Positions 1 through 12,102 of a stretch of 64,000 nt of DNA are shown piece by piece. Position 1 is the first letter of the stretch, and every line of letters starts with the position of its first letter. The position numbers and the translations under genes are program-made. Source of the stretch: Geosiphon pyriformis uo1 (taxonomy: Eukaryota; Fungi; Glomeromycota); NCBI GenBank assembly GCA_016748015.1, contig JAAOMT010000328.1, positions 62,001 through 126,000 on the forward strand, in the 5' to 3' direction. The notes beneath the pieces are model-generated. The model had not been told where the DNA came from and searched no databases. It saw nothing but the letters and a program-made list of their open reading frames with translations.

Positions 1-3000
1 AATACAGCAACAATATTAGCAACCTTTACCAATTCAGCCATATCAGACACCATCCACTTAACAATATCAAGTACCAGCAAGAAAATTGGTTCAACATAAC
101 CAATTCACACCCCAAAATCAATTGCAGAGTAACCACAATAGAATCAATTCAAATAACCAGTTGGTTCTCTGAAATTCTGGTCAGCAAAAACCCAATCACT
201 ATTACACTCAACCCAGTTATCTTACAATACCAGAGGAATCGGATTTTTAACAAACTGCACTTTCTGAAGGTGAAGTTGCAGCACCAAGATTAAACCCTTC
301 CAATCACACCATTCTATCAGCTCAAATTGCCCAAAATGCCAATCTGTCAAATATATTTCCATTTGAATTTGAAGCAAATGAATCACCATTTCTGCTTAGT
401 AATGCAGCAGTCAATGAACAGAAAGCAATTACTACTATGTACACAGAAGCTACAGTGAAAGGAAAACCCATTTGCTTAATCTTAGATAATAGATTGGCTG
501 GAAGTATCATTACTTATCAGCTGATACAACAACTCAAACAAAATATAGACAGACTAGCTCAAACAGTTATTGTCACAGCTGATAATATGAAGAAGACTCC
601 AGTAAGAGAAATTGATAATTTCCCTTTTTCAATTGATGGAATCACCATTCCAGTTAAAGTTCTTGTTATGGATGCACCCCAATACCAAGCTCTAATCGGA
701 AATGATTGGCTTCTCAAGGCCAATGCAAATCTGAACTGGGAAACTCAAGAACTTAAAATCTCATACCAAAAACAATATATCATAGTACCTGCAATCTGTG
801 GTACCTTTAACAAATGATCAGAAAAAGCCCCAGTATTTGAATTTAAAGAGAAGAAAAAAATGCCACTTACTGAAACCTACATGGCTCTTGGATCAACATC
901 CAATTGGGCTGAAGAAACAGAACAGGAGATTTTTGAAGAATCAAGAGGATGGAAGAAAGTTAGATATTCTACACCAGAACCATAGAAACAACCACCCTAT
1001 ATTCCACTCAAATGCAAAGATTGCAACAAGAAACTTTCATCAATGGAAGCATGTATTTCTCCAGAAGAAGAATATGAAACTTATATCTGTTACTTTTGCA
1101 AAGCATGCCATAGAGAACGATTTGGATCTCCAAAAAGAAGTGGAAAATAGAACAACACACCTTGCCTTACATGTGGAGAAATACTACCAGAAGAATACAA
1201 TTGGATTGATGTAGCAATGAGAGGAGGAGTATGTAATCAAACCTGTCAATATGCTCTATCAATTTCGGAAAAAGTCAGAAGAGAAACACCATTTGATGCA
1301 GCATACAACAGTGCTTTTAATAAACTTTACCACTACCCTCATGATGCTGAAATGATTTTTGACCTAGCAATAGCATTGATCAATAAAGCCACCCAAGAAG
1401 ATGTCTGCCAAATGAAAGAAGCTGAATATATTGAGTATACCATGGAATTAGCTGAATTTGATTATAAAGATGAAGTAGAAATCTACCACCAAATTGCAAG
1501 CCACATATATCTAACCCAAAGAAGCTCAAATTTAACAATTAGAGCAAATGAACATTCAATTGTGTAAAAAATGTGTTATGCCTTGTGATGACCAATAGTG
1601 TTTAGAATGTTATGCTCTTAGCATTCCTCTGCCAGATAAGAATGATGAAAATGAAATCGAATTTGGAGTATTTGAACTAGTATAAGAACTACCAACCACC
1701 CCTATTTATCTTCTTGAAAAGCAACCATCTCTACAACTTAAATATTTTGAAAACTATGGCCAAGGAATCAGACCAGAAAAAGCACACGAAATTGATGCTG
1801 GATATGATCTAAGATACCCAGGAAAAGATACTTTGGTTCTCCAACCAAAATTCTTGACAAAAATCAATCTCAAAATTGCTCTTGAAATTCCACCAGGAGC
1901 AATGGTTCAAATGGTCTTCAGATCATCATTGGCAAGCAAAGGAATCAATATTAGAGGAGGAGTTATAGATGCAGGATACACTGGAGACATTACCATCATA
2001 TTACAGAATGAGACAGACAAACTATTCAAAATTGAACATGCTGAAAAAAATTGCTCAAGCAATTTACTTACCCTTAATCAACATTTCGGATTTACAATCA
2101 GTAAACAACAGAGAACAATTGGGAAAAAGTGAAAGAGGAACTCAAGGTTTTGATTCAACTGAACAATTTACAGTACCAGTAAACATAGCTCTTAATACAC
2201 AAAATAAATCTCACCAGATTCTTCAACTTCCACAACCAATTACCATTTCACCTTTTGAAGAACATCACAAAATTTACATTTGCTCAAAACCCACTATTAC
2301 CCAACAAATCTTTGAATTCAATAAACAAATTTGTTTGAAGCATGAAATCTCAATTTCAAATGTTTATATTTCCAAAGGAATGAAAAAATTTCAAGTTACA
2401 TTCTACAATCCCAATAATTGCCCTATTGTCTTATTAAACAAATTAGAAATTGGAATCATACACAGCAATATTTTTCAAGATAAAAACCCTCAAATTATCT
2501 CTAATTTCATCGAAATTGTAAAACACACTCTACTCTCAAATCCAAATATTATTTCTACTACTGAAAACTACCACCTTTTGGAAGAAAAACTCTCTTGAAT
2601 CAACATGAGTCCCTTGGAACCCCAACAACAAAGACAATTGAAACATTTAATAGCTGAATTTGCAGATATATTTGCAAAAGACAACAATGACTTGGGAAAA
2701 ACAAATATTGTTCAACATCAAATCCATACAGGAGATGCTTTACCAAAACGTCAATAAGCTTATTGAGTGCCACCTGCCAGCCACCAATTCATTAGAGAAG
2801 AAGTCCAAAGAATGCTCAATAATGGATTGATTCAACCATCAAGAAGTCCTTGGGCCTCACCAGTAGTTTTAGTTAAAAAAAAAACGGAAAAATTAGATTC
2901 TGTGTTGATTATAAATAACTAAATAGTATTACAATTGGAGATGTCTACTCTCTTCCAAGAATTGATGACATGCTAGATGCTCTAGGAAAAGCCAAGTTCT

Positions 3001-4010
3001 TTTCAACTTTAGACCTGGAAAGTGGATACTGGCAAGTCGAAATAGACCCAAAAGATAAACCCAAAACAGCATTCACCACTCAAGAAGGAAACTATGAGTT
3101 CAATGTTATGCTTTTTGAACTTTGCAATGCACCAGCAACATTCCAACGACTTATAGATGTTGTATATGAAGGACTCTTATGGCAATCAGTAGTTGTTTAC
3201 CTTGATGACACTGATGTGTACTCACCAAGCTTTAAAGCCCATTTTATTCACCTGCAAAAAGTTTTTCAACAATTACAGAAAGCAAGATTAAAGTTGAATA
3301 TTGAGAAATATTACTTTGGAAAAACAAGTTTAATCTTTCTTGGACACATTGTTAGCAAAGATGGAGTCAAACCAAATCCTGGAACAATTAGTGCTGTCAA
3401 AAACTTTTAAACTCCCAAGAATACCACAGAACTACAAGGATTTGTAGGATTAGCCTCTTACTATCAAAAATTTATAAAAAGATTCTCAGAAATTACCAAA
3501 CTACTTAATTATCTTACCAACAAAAATGTACCATACAAATGGACTAAAGAACAACAAAAAGCTTTTGAAACTCTCAAAACAAAATTAACAACAGCCCCAG
3601 TTCTTGCTTACCCAGACTTCAACAAACAATTCCAATTAGCCACTAATGCTTCACACATAGTATTTGGTGCCATCTTATCACAATTGGATAAAAATGGCCA
3701 GGAACAAGTTATTGCCTATGCCAGCAGAACACTCAAGCCAACAGAACTCAAATATGGCTTAACTGAATTGGAAGCTGCTGCAGTCATCTGGGCTTTCAAA
3801 CACTTTCAACAATACCTGAAAAATAGAAAAGAATTCGACATAATAACTGACAATATTGGCCTCAAATGGCTTAATAAAAAGAAAACTGAACAAAGTGCCA
3901 AACAGTCTTGATGAAATGACTTCCTAGCAGACTACAGATACATTGTACATCACAAACCAGGAAAACTACACACCAATGTTGATAGCCTCTTAAGAATGAG
4001 ACAATATTAA
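1..4010 (+). pseudogene. G1 gag(C-term)-pol: aspartic protease (~430-800), Cys-rich domain (~990-1620), dUTPase (~1770-2160), RT (~2800-3410), RNase H (~3600-3990); many stops
   Basis: Motifs: LILD(N/S)..AGSII and ALIGNDWL; DAGYDLRYP, RSSLA, GGVIDAGYTG, ERGTQGF; LDLESGYWQV, NAPATFQR, YLDD; IAYASRTL, ELEAAAVIWA. Confidence 0.93.
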
Positions 4011-4077
4011 TACCAACATCAACACCAACAAAACACCAACAAACTTAACAGCAGAACAAACAACAAGATCAACAACA

Positions 4078-5463
4078 ATGGATCCAGAAAACTACAACAA
4101 CATCAAAAACTATTTGGAGACTCTTATCATGCCGGAAAATTAGTCTCCAAGTGAAAAACATCGATTACAACACCAATTCAAACAATATTTTATACACCAT
4201 AACAAAATATATTACAAAAATTGTAAAAACCCAAACCAACCACTCAGATTAGTACAGGAAAATGAAAAAGAAACAATTCTATACAACATGTACACAGATC
4301 CTTCTTTAGCACACTTGGGAAGAGATGGAACAATTCAAAAAACTCTTGAACATTATTTTTGGCCTTACATGCAAAAAGACATTTGACAATATGTAGAATC
4401 TTGTAATAGTTGTCAAAGAAGAGAAGAAACTTGCCCCACAGAACCTTTAAATCCAATCAAAGTTGGACAACCTTTTGACAGAGTTGGAATTGATTTAGTC
4501 AGACCATTACCTATCACAACCCAAGGAAATCATTATATTGCAGTTGCAGTGGATTATTTTACCAAATGGCCTGAAGCTAGAGCCATCCAAAGAGCAGATG
4601 CAAAATCAGTAGCAAATTTCATCTATAAAGACATTATCTGTAGACATGGATGCCCAATTGAACTCTTATCTGATCAAGGAACACATTTTGTAAACAACTT
4701 GATACAAGAAATTTGTGAACAGTTTAATGTCAAAAGACCTCTATCATCACCTTATCACCTTCAAACAAATGGACTTGTAGAACGTTTCAACAGAACATTG
4801 TGTGAATCTTTAACCAAAGTCTCAACAGACTTTGAGCAAGAATGGGATATCTTTATTCTATTAGTGTTACTAGCATACAGAATGCTAAAACAAGATATTA
4901 TAAAACACATATCATTTGATCTTACTTATAGAAGGACAGCAACATTACCAATTAATTTCACAGTAGAAACATATCCAGTGCAACCAATCAATGAAGAAAA
5001 CTTTCAAAAAACACTCCAAAGAAGAGCCTACACTCTTCTTAGTACACTGGAAGGAAAAAGAAGAATAGCAGCAACTCATATTGAACATTCTCAAGCTCAA
5101 CAAAAAGAAAAACATGACAACAAATTACCACCTATTACCAATGAATTTAAAGTTGGAAATAAAGTTCTCTTACACAGAACTAAGGCTGAAAAACAATGGA
5201 GTGAAAAATTTGAAAACAAATAGGATAGACCATTTTATATTCACGAAATTCTAGGCAATGAATCATACAAGTTAAGACTTGATAAAAAAATACTAGCAAA
5301 AGTTGCACATGGAAACAGATTGAAACACTATCATTTCAGAAACAATCCTGAACCATTAATTCCACAAATTGGTACACATTCCCCTTTAATTAATCTTGAA
5401 GATATTCCCCAAAATTTAGAACCAATAATTATAATAGAACAACAACCAAACTTGAACACTTAA
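4078..5463 (+). pseudogene. G1 integrase (zinc-binding HHCC region, rve core, GPF/Y-type C-terminus, no chromodomain), own ATG at 4078
   Basis: MDPENY start; SCNSCQ; GIDLV; DYFTKWPEA; SDQGTHF; QTNGLVERFNRTL; a few in-frame stops. Confidence 0.92.
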
Positions 5464-5609
5464 AATTTTACAATAATTCTCTAATAAAAACACAAAGACA
5501 TAAATAGTAAATAAATTACAAAAACACCCAAACCCAAAAACAAATAAAAACCTCATATTCCAAAAATAATTTTCTTTATTTTCTCTTTTCATAATTAGTC
5601 AATTTTATC

Positions 5610-6263
5610 ATGATTATTCCCCGAAATATTCAACAAATATCCCAAAAGTTAATGTTAGTCTTGAAAACACTTTCTGACTTATCCATAACAATTAATAAAA
5701 GTCAAATTAATTACATTCAAAAAAAAACCACAGCCTCAGTAGCAAATCATTCACAAAACTATCACCCCTATAGAAGAAAAACAAGAAGTCACTCTGAAAA
5801 TAAGTTACCAAGACTTTTGAAGCAAGCACTGGAAGAAAATATTTTAATTGCCCTTATTGACATTCCACCAAATGCTACAATGCAACAAAAACTTCTACTA
5901 CTTCTCAATAAACAGAACAATGAACACACCCCTATCTATAAATACTTTTACATTGGAAAGACACTTTATGAACAAAAAATGAAACTTGAAGCAACAAATC
6001 TCACTTCTGAAGCTATACAAAAACAAATCCACAATGAATTCAAAACAGCAGCTGGACCAACCAACACTCACTACAAACTTAGAGCAGCTTTTAGACTCTA
6101 TGATTTGTTTAATACTTGTGAAAATGTTCTACAAAATCCAATACTACAATTAATAAAAGTCCAATATATTGGTAAACTCACAAAACTGAAATTTCAACAA
6201 TTTTCAGACCAGATTACTTCAATTATTTTGGATCACTATCTCAATATTACAGATAGTGCTTAG
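5610..6263 (+). CDS. G1 extra ORF (217 aa) between integrase and PPT, unknown function
   Basis: Uninterrupted ATG-initiated ORF inside the element, ending 21 bp before the polypurine tract. Confidence 0.6.
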   Translation: MIIPRNIQQISQKLMLVLKTLSDLSITINKSQINYIQKKTTASVANHSQNYHPYRRKTRSHSENKLPRLLKQALEENILIALIDIPPNATMQQKLLLLLNKQNNEHTPIYKYFYIGKTLYEQKMKLEATNLTSEAIQKQIHNEFKTAAGPTNTHYKLRAAFRLYDLFNTCENVLQNPILQLIKVQYIGKLTKLKFQQFSDQITSIILDHYLNITDSA

Positions 6264-6284
6264 ACTTCAATGGAGCTCAGTTTT

Positions 6285-6294
6285 GAGGAGGAGA
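6285..6294 (+). other. Polypurine tract of G1
   Basis: GAGGAGGAGA, then TTA, then the LTR start TGTTACC. Confidence 0.85.
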
Positions 6295-6297
6295 TTA

Positions 6298-7309
6298 TGT
6301 TACCAGTAGAATTTTAACTATTAATTAGCAAGAAAATTACCCTTATAATTCCTATAATTAATTAGTATATTAATATCATTTCAAATTATCATTTATTATT
6401 TAATCAATTATCACATATCACGATCTAATTAAATAATCTAATTAGTATAACAAAAAGTAGGATGATCAAATTACACAATACTCTGAACTTTGTAACATTC
6501 TAAAATTTGCCGAAATTTACAGAAATTTGCTGAAATTTATAAGAAATTCGCCGAAATTTACAGAAATTCACCGAAATTATGAATAGTTCACCCAAATTAA
6601 TCAATAGTTCAGCGAAATAACTTGTAGTTCATCAAAATGTATCTTTAGTTCACCGAAATTTGAGCAAAGAAAAAAAGTGCAAGTTTATAGATTAGTACTA
6701 CAACAAGTTGTATAAAAGAAGAGCTTTTTTCTTCAAGAAAATGTATCTTACTTTAGATTTATTACTTAGAACCATTTCTACACACACAAAAAAAAATAAA
6801 TATCAAATAATTCAAAAAACCAAATTCTTTAATTATTGCACTTGGAAAATCTCCAAAACCCAACTAACATTTTGAAATTGATTAGCTACCAATTTCAGTA
6901 AACTGTCAATGACTTCAGGCCTGGATAGAAAACGTTTCCCTTGATAAAATCCTATTTCTTTTACATTTCTTTTCTTTTTCTTTTTTTTTCTTATTACAAT
7001 CATTAAAATAGCCTACAGACAAGATTTCTGTAGAAAAGTTGACTTTCACAGCAAAGTAACTACATATTTTTAGTGAGCTTCCAGATGAGCAATTCCTGGA
7101 AAAGAGTTGACATTTACTACAATGTAACTACATAAAGTAACTGGCAAGGAATTGGCCATTCCACTTATAAGCCCAGCAGATCAAATTATAGAAGATAATT
7201 TGAAGATAAATTCAGTTATTGGAGGTTCAACTACTTCTAAAAAACGTGAATTTGCAACCAACAGACATTTACAACATTCAAGAAAAGAGACCAAAAACCT
7301 CCGGTAATA
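6298..7309 (+). repeat. 3' LTR of G1 (family A, ~1012 bp)
   Basis: Termini TGTTACCAG...CCGGTAATA are inverted repeats allowing for transitions. It follows the PPT and has internal GAAATT/CCGAAA tandem motifs at 6505-6660. Confidence 0.88.
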
Positions 7310-10300
7310 ATGGCTGGTAGTCCTGTTCTTTGGTTATCAGCCCAAGAGAACTGATAAGTTTTAATGGCTAGTAGTGCTGGATTTTTCTCAAATTCGAAGG
7401 TAGGTCTTTGGTTGGTGCTGGGTTTTTGGAAATGGCCACAGGTGGCTGGAATTCTGGCCTGGTGGCCATTATAATTGATCAGAAGCTCTTGGGTGGTCCA
7501 GTCTAGAGTGGCATTGACTTTTGTTAGCCAGTTATTCCCTACTAATGCTTGATATTGTGTAGCATCCATTACTAATACTTTTGTAGGTATTATTATGCCA
7601 TTAATTTCGAAAGAAAATGAGTTGATTTCGCTATGAGGCAGCTTTGTACTTCCATCAGCTGTTATGATTTGAAATGTCACAGCACGATCAACTTTAAAAC
7701 CCAGTTGGTTTACTAGTTGAAGCATTACAATGCTTCCAGTGAATCCACTATCTAAGATAAGTTTGATTGGGGTATTGTTTACAGTGACTTCCATATACAT
7801 AGCAGTAATTGGGCATTTTTTGTTCAATGCTGCTCCACTAAACATAGCCTCATTTTCTTCTAATTCAAAAGAAAAAATAGCTGTGAGGCTGCTATCTTCA
7901 GTGGCAACTGCTGGTGGTATTGTTTGGCTCAATTTGTTGGAGGAATTTTCAGTTCTATTTATGTTTCTACTGTTATTGTTTCTAATAATCAGATTTTCTA
8001 GTATATTAAGGTAAATTTGTTGATAATTTTGGTAGTTTGGATTGGTTTGCTGACTGGTTCCAGCACAGTTTGGATTCCTCTGGACCAACGTGTTCTGGTT
8101 CTACATGGGCTGATTTCGGGGCTTAGGACACCAATTTGGGTTGGCTATCATGGGCTGTTGCTGGTAAGTTCCTTGATTTTGATACATAATGGGATATTGG
8201 CATGGTATTGGCATGTACTAGTTTCTGGGCATTTGGGGTGATGCATAATAATTATTTTCGCATGCTTTCTGCATCATTTCCATTCAATATTAACTAATTA
8301 AATGTCTTATGTGTTTGCAAAAATGACAGGTGCACATTTCTGTTCTGAATTTCTGGCATGACAAGCGATTATTTTGACTGTTACTGACTTTTTGGCTGCA
8401 TTTTTGAGATGGTTAGTATGTATTTCTTCTTGGATTCAGAATGAGATAACTTTCTATTTTCTTAGAAAGTTCCTTCCCTAATTGCATTACTCTTTTCTTT
8501 AATGTTTCTGTCTTATTTTTCTCCATTACTATGTTAATTATTTGACTATAGTTAGCTTCTTTCTCAGCTGATTCAAGAGCTTTGGTGAGCATAACGGCTT
8601 CTAATAAGAAATTAGGGTGGGCAAGGTGTATTCTTCCTAAAATGCTGTTTTTTAATTCTCTAATAAACTGATTTAAAACCTGAGGATCAGTATAGTATCC
8701 TTGTTCAATTGCTTTAATCTAATGGTGAATTTAATTGAATTGAGCAAGGTATTGGGTGACAGTTTCACCAGTACTTTGCTTGATAATATTGAATTTGTTT
8801 TATAGTTGGATTATGGCGTTTGGGTCGCTAAAATACTCCAGAAGTGCATTTTTAAATTCGGCAAAGCTCATGGGTTTTGTTTCTAGGCTTTGATACCACA
8901 AGTCGGCTGTGCCTTTCAGGAAAAAAGGTAATGTTTGAATTGCTCTTTGGTTATTCCAGTTATTTGCCTGGATGGCTTTTTGTGCTTCTCTGAGCCACAT
9001 GTGCACATCCATTTCTTCTTTCTCTCCTGAGAAATCTGTTAGTCTTGTAATATATAGTATGGCTATTTCATCACCATTTTCTGCTGGTGGACTTATTGGT
9101 CTAAGAGGAAGTGGGATGATATTTTCTTGAGTGTTCCTAAAGGTGGCTTCTCTTATATTCAGTTTTTCTTCTTGATCACGAGTTTCTTGGTTTCTGGACT
9201 GGCTGCTTGTTCCAGTGACCAGTCTTGTGATTGTTTTTTCACTGGTCTTTTTTTTGGATTCCAATTCAGACTTCTCTTCACAGTTTTCAAACTTTGTTCC
9301 GAATTTTGGCTGAAAAAGAGGGTTTTAAAATAGCGATGAATATCCTCCTGTAATTGGTATGTCTTTTCAGTTATGTTGTTTAATTTTATCAGTATAACTA
9401 AAAGTTCTTGGCATTTGTGGAGTTGATGTTGATAATAATGCAGCTCTTAATGGAATTTGTATCTTATTTTCTGGTAAAAAATGGTATGATTTATCTTCTA
9501 ATGAATAAATATGTTGTTTCTTTATTGATTGAGTGACAGTTTTCTTTGGTGTTTGAGCAGGTGTTCTTATTTTTTGCTAGTTACTTTCTTAATTAGTTTT
9601 TAAATTTTTTTTAGTTTTGTTGGCGCATTCTCTAGTGTTTTCTGTGAATATTGAAAAATTTTCATTGGCATATTGCTCAATTTCTCGATGAATTTTGACA
9701 ATAGTTGCAGCTATTATTGCTACTTTTTTTGTAGTGTATTGTAATAATTCTCTATACAATCCAAGTTTTGCATCATGTGGTTTTTCTTCCTTTCCTATAT
9801 GATAATTTATTCTGGCATTGATATAATAAGTAAGAGCAAATTCTGTTGGACAACACCCTTCTGGTAATTCAAGATCACTTTGATTTTGTGTGTAAATAGC
9901 ACAGCAGAATTCAAGGACAGTAAGATTAGAGGTTTTTGTCATCACTTTTGTCTCTTTTTTTTTAGCAATGAATTATTGCTAATTATTATTTCTTTTTTGA
10001 TTTTCTTTTCTCATAGGGTTCACTAAATGTTATGGGATGGTTTTTTTAGTATATTTAATTGCCAATATCCCATTTTAATTGCAATTAGTCTCTCATGAGT
10101 TTCTCAATTCTATTTGTGTAATAATATCATTGTTATACTAAAGGCTTTCTCTTTAATGTTATGATGTAAGTTATTTCTCAATTCTTGATTGTTGTATGTG
10201 TTTATGTACTTTTTTTCAGAGGCTGAACTGAAATCTACCTGCTGTCTGGGGTCTTCTTTGAGGTTATCTTTGCAATTGCCTGATGTGTTTCTCTAATCTA

Positions 10301-10920
10301 GAAACATGGAATGTTAATGGTCTTTAGCGCTTTTCCTAATTCTCACAATAAAGCTTTTATCAATTAGTAACAACATGAATAATTTTGATCAGGGATTATT
10401 CTTCCAAGGGATTCAGCTGATGAATAATAGTTTCATTTAATAAATAATACAAGTAAGTTTTTTAACACATTGGATTCAGTTTTCAATATTCTTTTTCATT
10501 TCTTTTTGATTAAAGATTTTTGTGGATATTTATTTTTAAAAGTAAAGACTAGAAAATAATTAAAGTGGAACTGTTGGATGAATTGTTTTGTTGGATGATA
10601 TTAGATCTATTGCTTGATAAGTTATGATTTTTATTACTTGATTGACTTTTCTCAAGATTAAAGCTACTGTATATATACATGTTTGTAGTTTTATAAGAAA
10701 ACACATTATAATACTTTCTTTTTGATATTTCAATCTGGTGTTTGCTGCTATTACCAGTTGGTGTTGGCTGCTATTGTAAACTGGTGCTTGCCACTATCAC
10801 GAGATAGTGTTTTGCTACTATGTTAATTATTACTTTTTTAAGATTATTACTGTGTTATATTATGATTGAATAGTTTATATTATTTTTATGATTCTTTTGC
10901 TAAATTCTTAAACCATAACA
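7310..10920 (-). mobile_element. Ty3/Gypsy element G2: 5' LTR, PBS, degenerate gag and protease; remainder displaced by G1
   Basis: Gag capsid-like segment (WLREAQKAIQANNW...LKGTADLWYQSL), degenerate zinc knuckle at ~8290-8330, protease LILDSGFTGS and ALVGNNWL. Confidence 0.92.
10028..10920 (-). repeat. 5' LTR of G2 (family B, 893 bp), PBS-like TTTAGTGAACCCTATGAG at 10027-10010
   Basis: Perfect 8-bp terminal inverted repeats TGTTATGG...CCATAACA. A T(G/A)GTG PBS-type sequence sits directly after the LTR end. Confidence 0.88.
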
Positions 10921-11230
10921 ATATTTATTAAATAAATAATTTTGTAAAAAACATAAAATTTTTTAATTTTTAATATTTATTTATTTAAAAAAATAAAAAA
11001 ATTTAATATTATATAATTTTAATAATTGTTTTATTATTTTATTTAAATTGTTTAAATATTAAAATTATTAAATACTTACTTTTAAATTAATGTTATTAAA
11101 AGTTTTAATTATTTTTTAAGATATTGTTTATATTATTTTGCTATTAATTTTATTGTTAATAAAAACTAATTAATTTTTAATAAACTAATTTATTTTCAAA
11201 GTATTTTATTATATTTTGAATTATTGTTGC

Positions 11231-12102
11231 TGTTACTCATAAAAAAAAAATACAAAAAAGAAATAGTAAAAACAAATTATAAAAATAAACCAATATAAAA
11301 ATAGTACTTAACATATAAGTATATTTTCAAAAATATATACATTCACAAAAAATAAGCACATTGTCAAAAAATTATAACACATTTTTAGAAAATTATAACA
11401 TATTGTTTAGGAATAAGCACAATTTTAAAAAGTAGCATAAAAAAAAATGTATAAAATCTTATATAATAAAAATTATATATATAACAATAGTATTAGAAGT
11501 TAGAAAAAACAGACAAATTCTTAGTTAACAATAAATATTCATAATATATCCTTTCTTTTAAAAGATAGTTTTTTATATCTTAAAGTAAAATCATCCAAAT
11601 ATTAAACAAAATTATTGTTTTATTATTTAATTTATGTTATTTTTTTTATTGAATTAAAATTGTTATTTCCCAACTTTATTGGCAACTTATATTAATAATA
11701 TCTGTTATTTAATCATATTAAACTAATAGTATTTAATTATGACTATTAATAAAATATTAACTTTTTATTTTTTTATTTTTTTGTTGTTTATTAATTAATT
11801 AAAAAATTAAACACTAAAATATTAACATCAAAGATAATTTGATAAAAAATCTGTAAAACAAGAGTAAAAACTTAAAAATAGTTTATCAGAAAGACATAAC
11901 TGTCAGATTAAATCAGTTTTTACACTAAAAAAAGAAATTCAAAAAACAACTACTAAGTAAATCTCTATTTATTATACAAAAAACTCAATCAAAACTTTTA
12001 AATCTGAAAATCTTCAAAAATTACCAACAATATAATTAGCTATTGAACACCAAGTTATGAGTTTGTTATTTATTTTAACATCTTAAATAATTATCTGTAA
12101 TA
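11231..12102 (+). repeat. Decayed solo LTR related to the G3 LTR family
   Basis: Termini TGTTAC...GTAATA; flanks TTGC/CTAC; start resembles the sense strand of the G3 LTR; ATAACAC/ATAAGCAC tandem motifs. Confidence 0.5.

Larger units (their letters stand above)
1..7309 (+). mobile_element. Ty3/Gypsy LTR retrotransposon (element G1), 5' part outside window, inserted into element G2
   Basis: Domain order PR, dUTPase, RT (YLDD), RNaseH, integrase, then PPT and a 3' LTR. The right end interrupts the PR-downstream region of the minus-strand element at 7310. Confidence 0.95.

Noticed and set aside
5340-5463. Chromodomain at the integrase C-terminus
   Set aside because: Only a short P/I/N-rich tail follows the GPF/Y region.
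5610-6263. Extra ORF as a retroviral env
   Set aside because: No signal peptide, TM segment or evident fusion-protein layout.
6500-6665. Short repeat array as a CRISPR
   Set aside because: Imperfect repeats without unique spacers, inside a eukaryotic LTR, and no cas genes.
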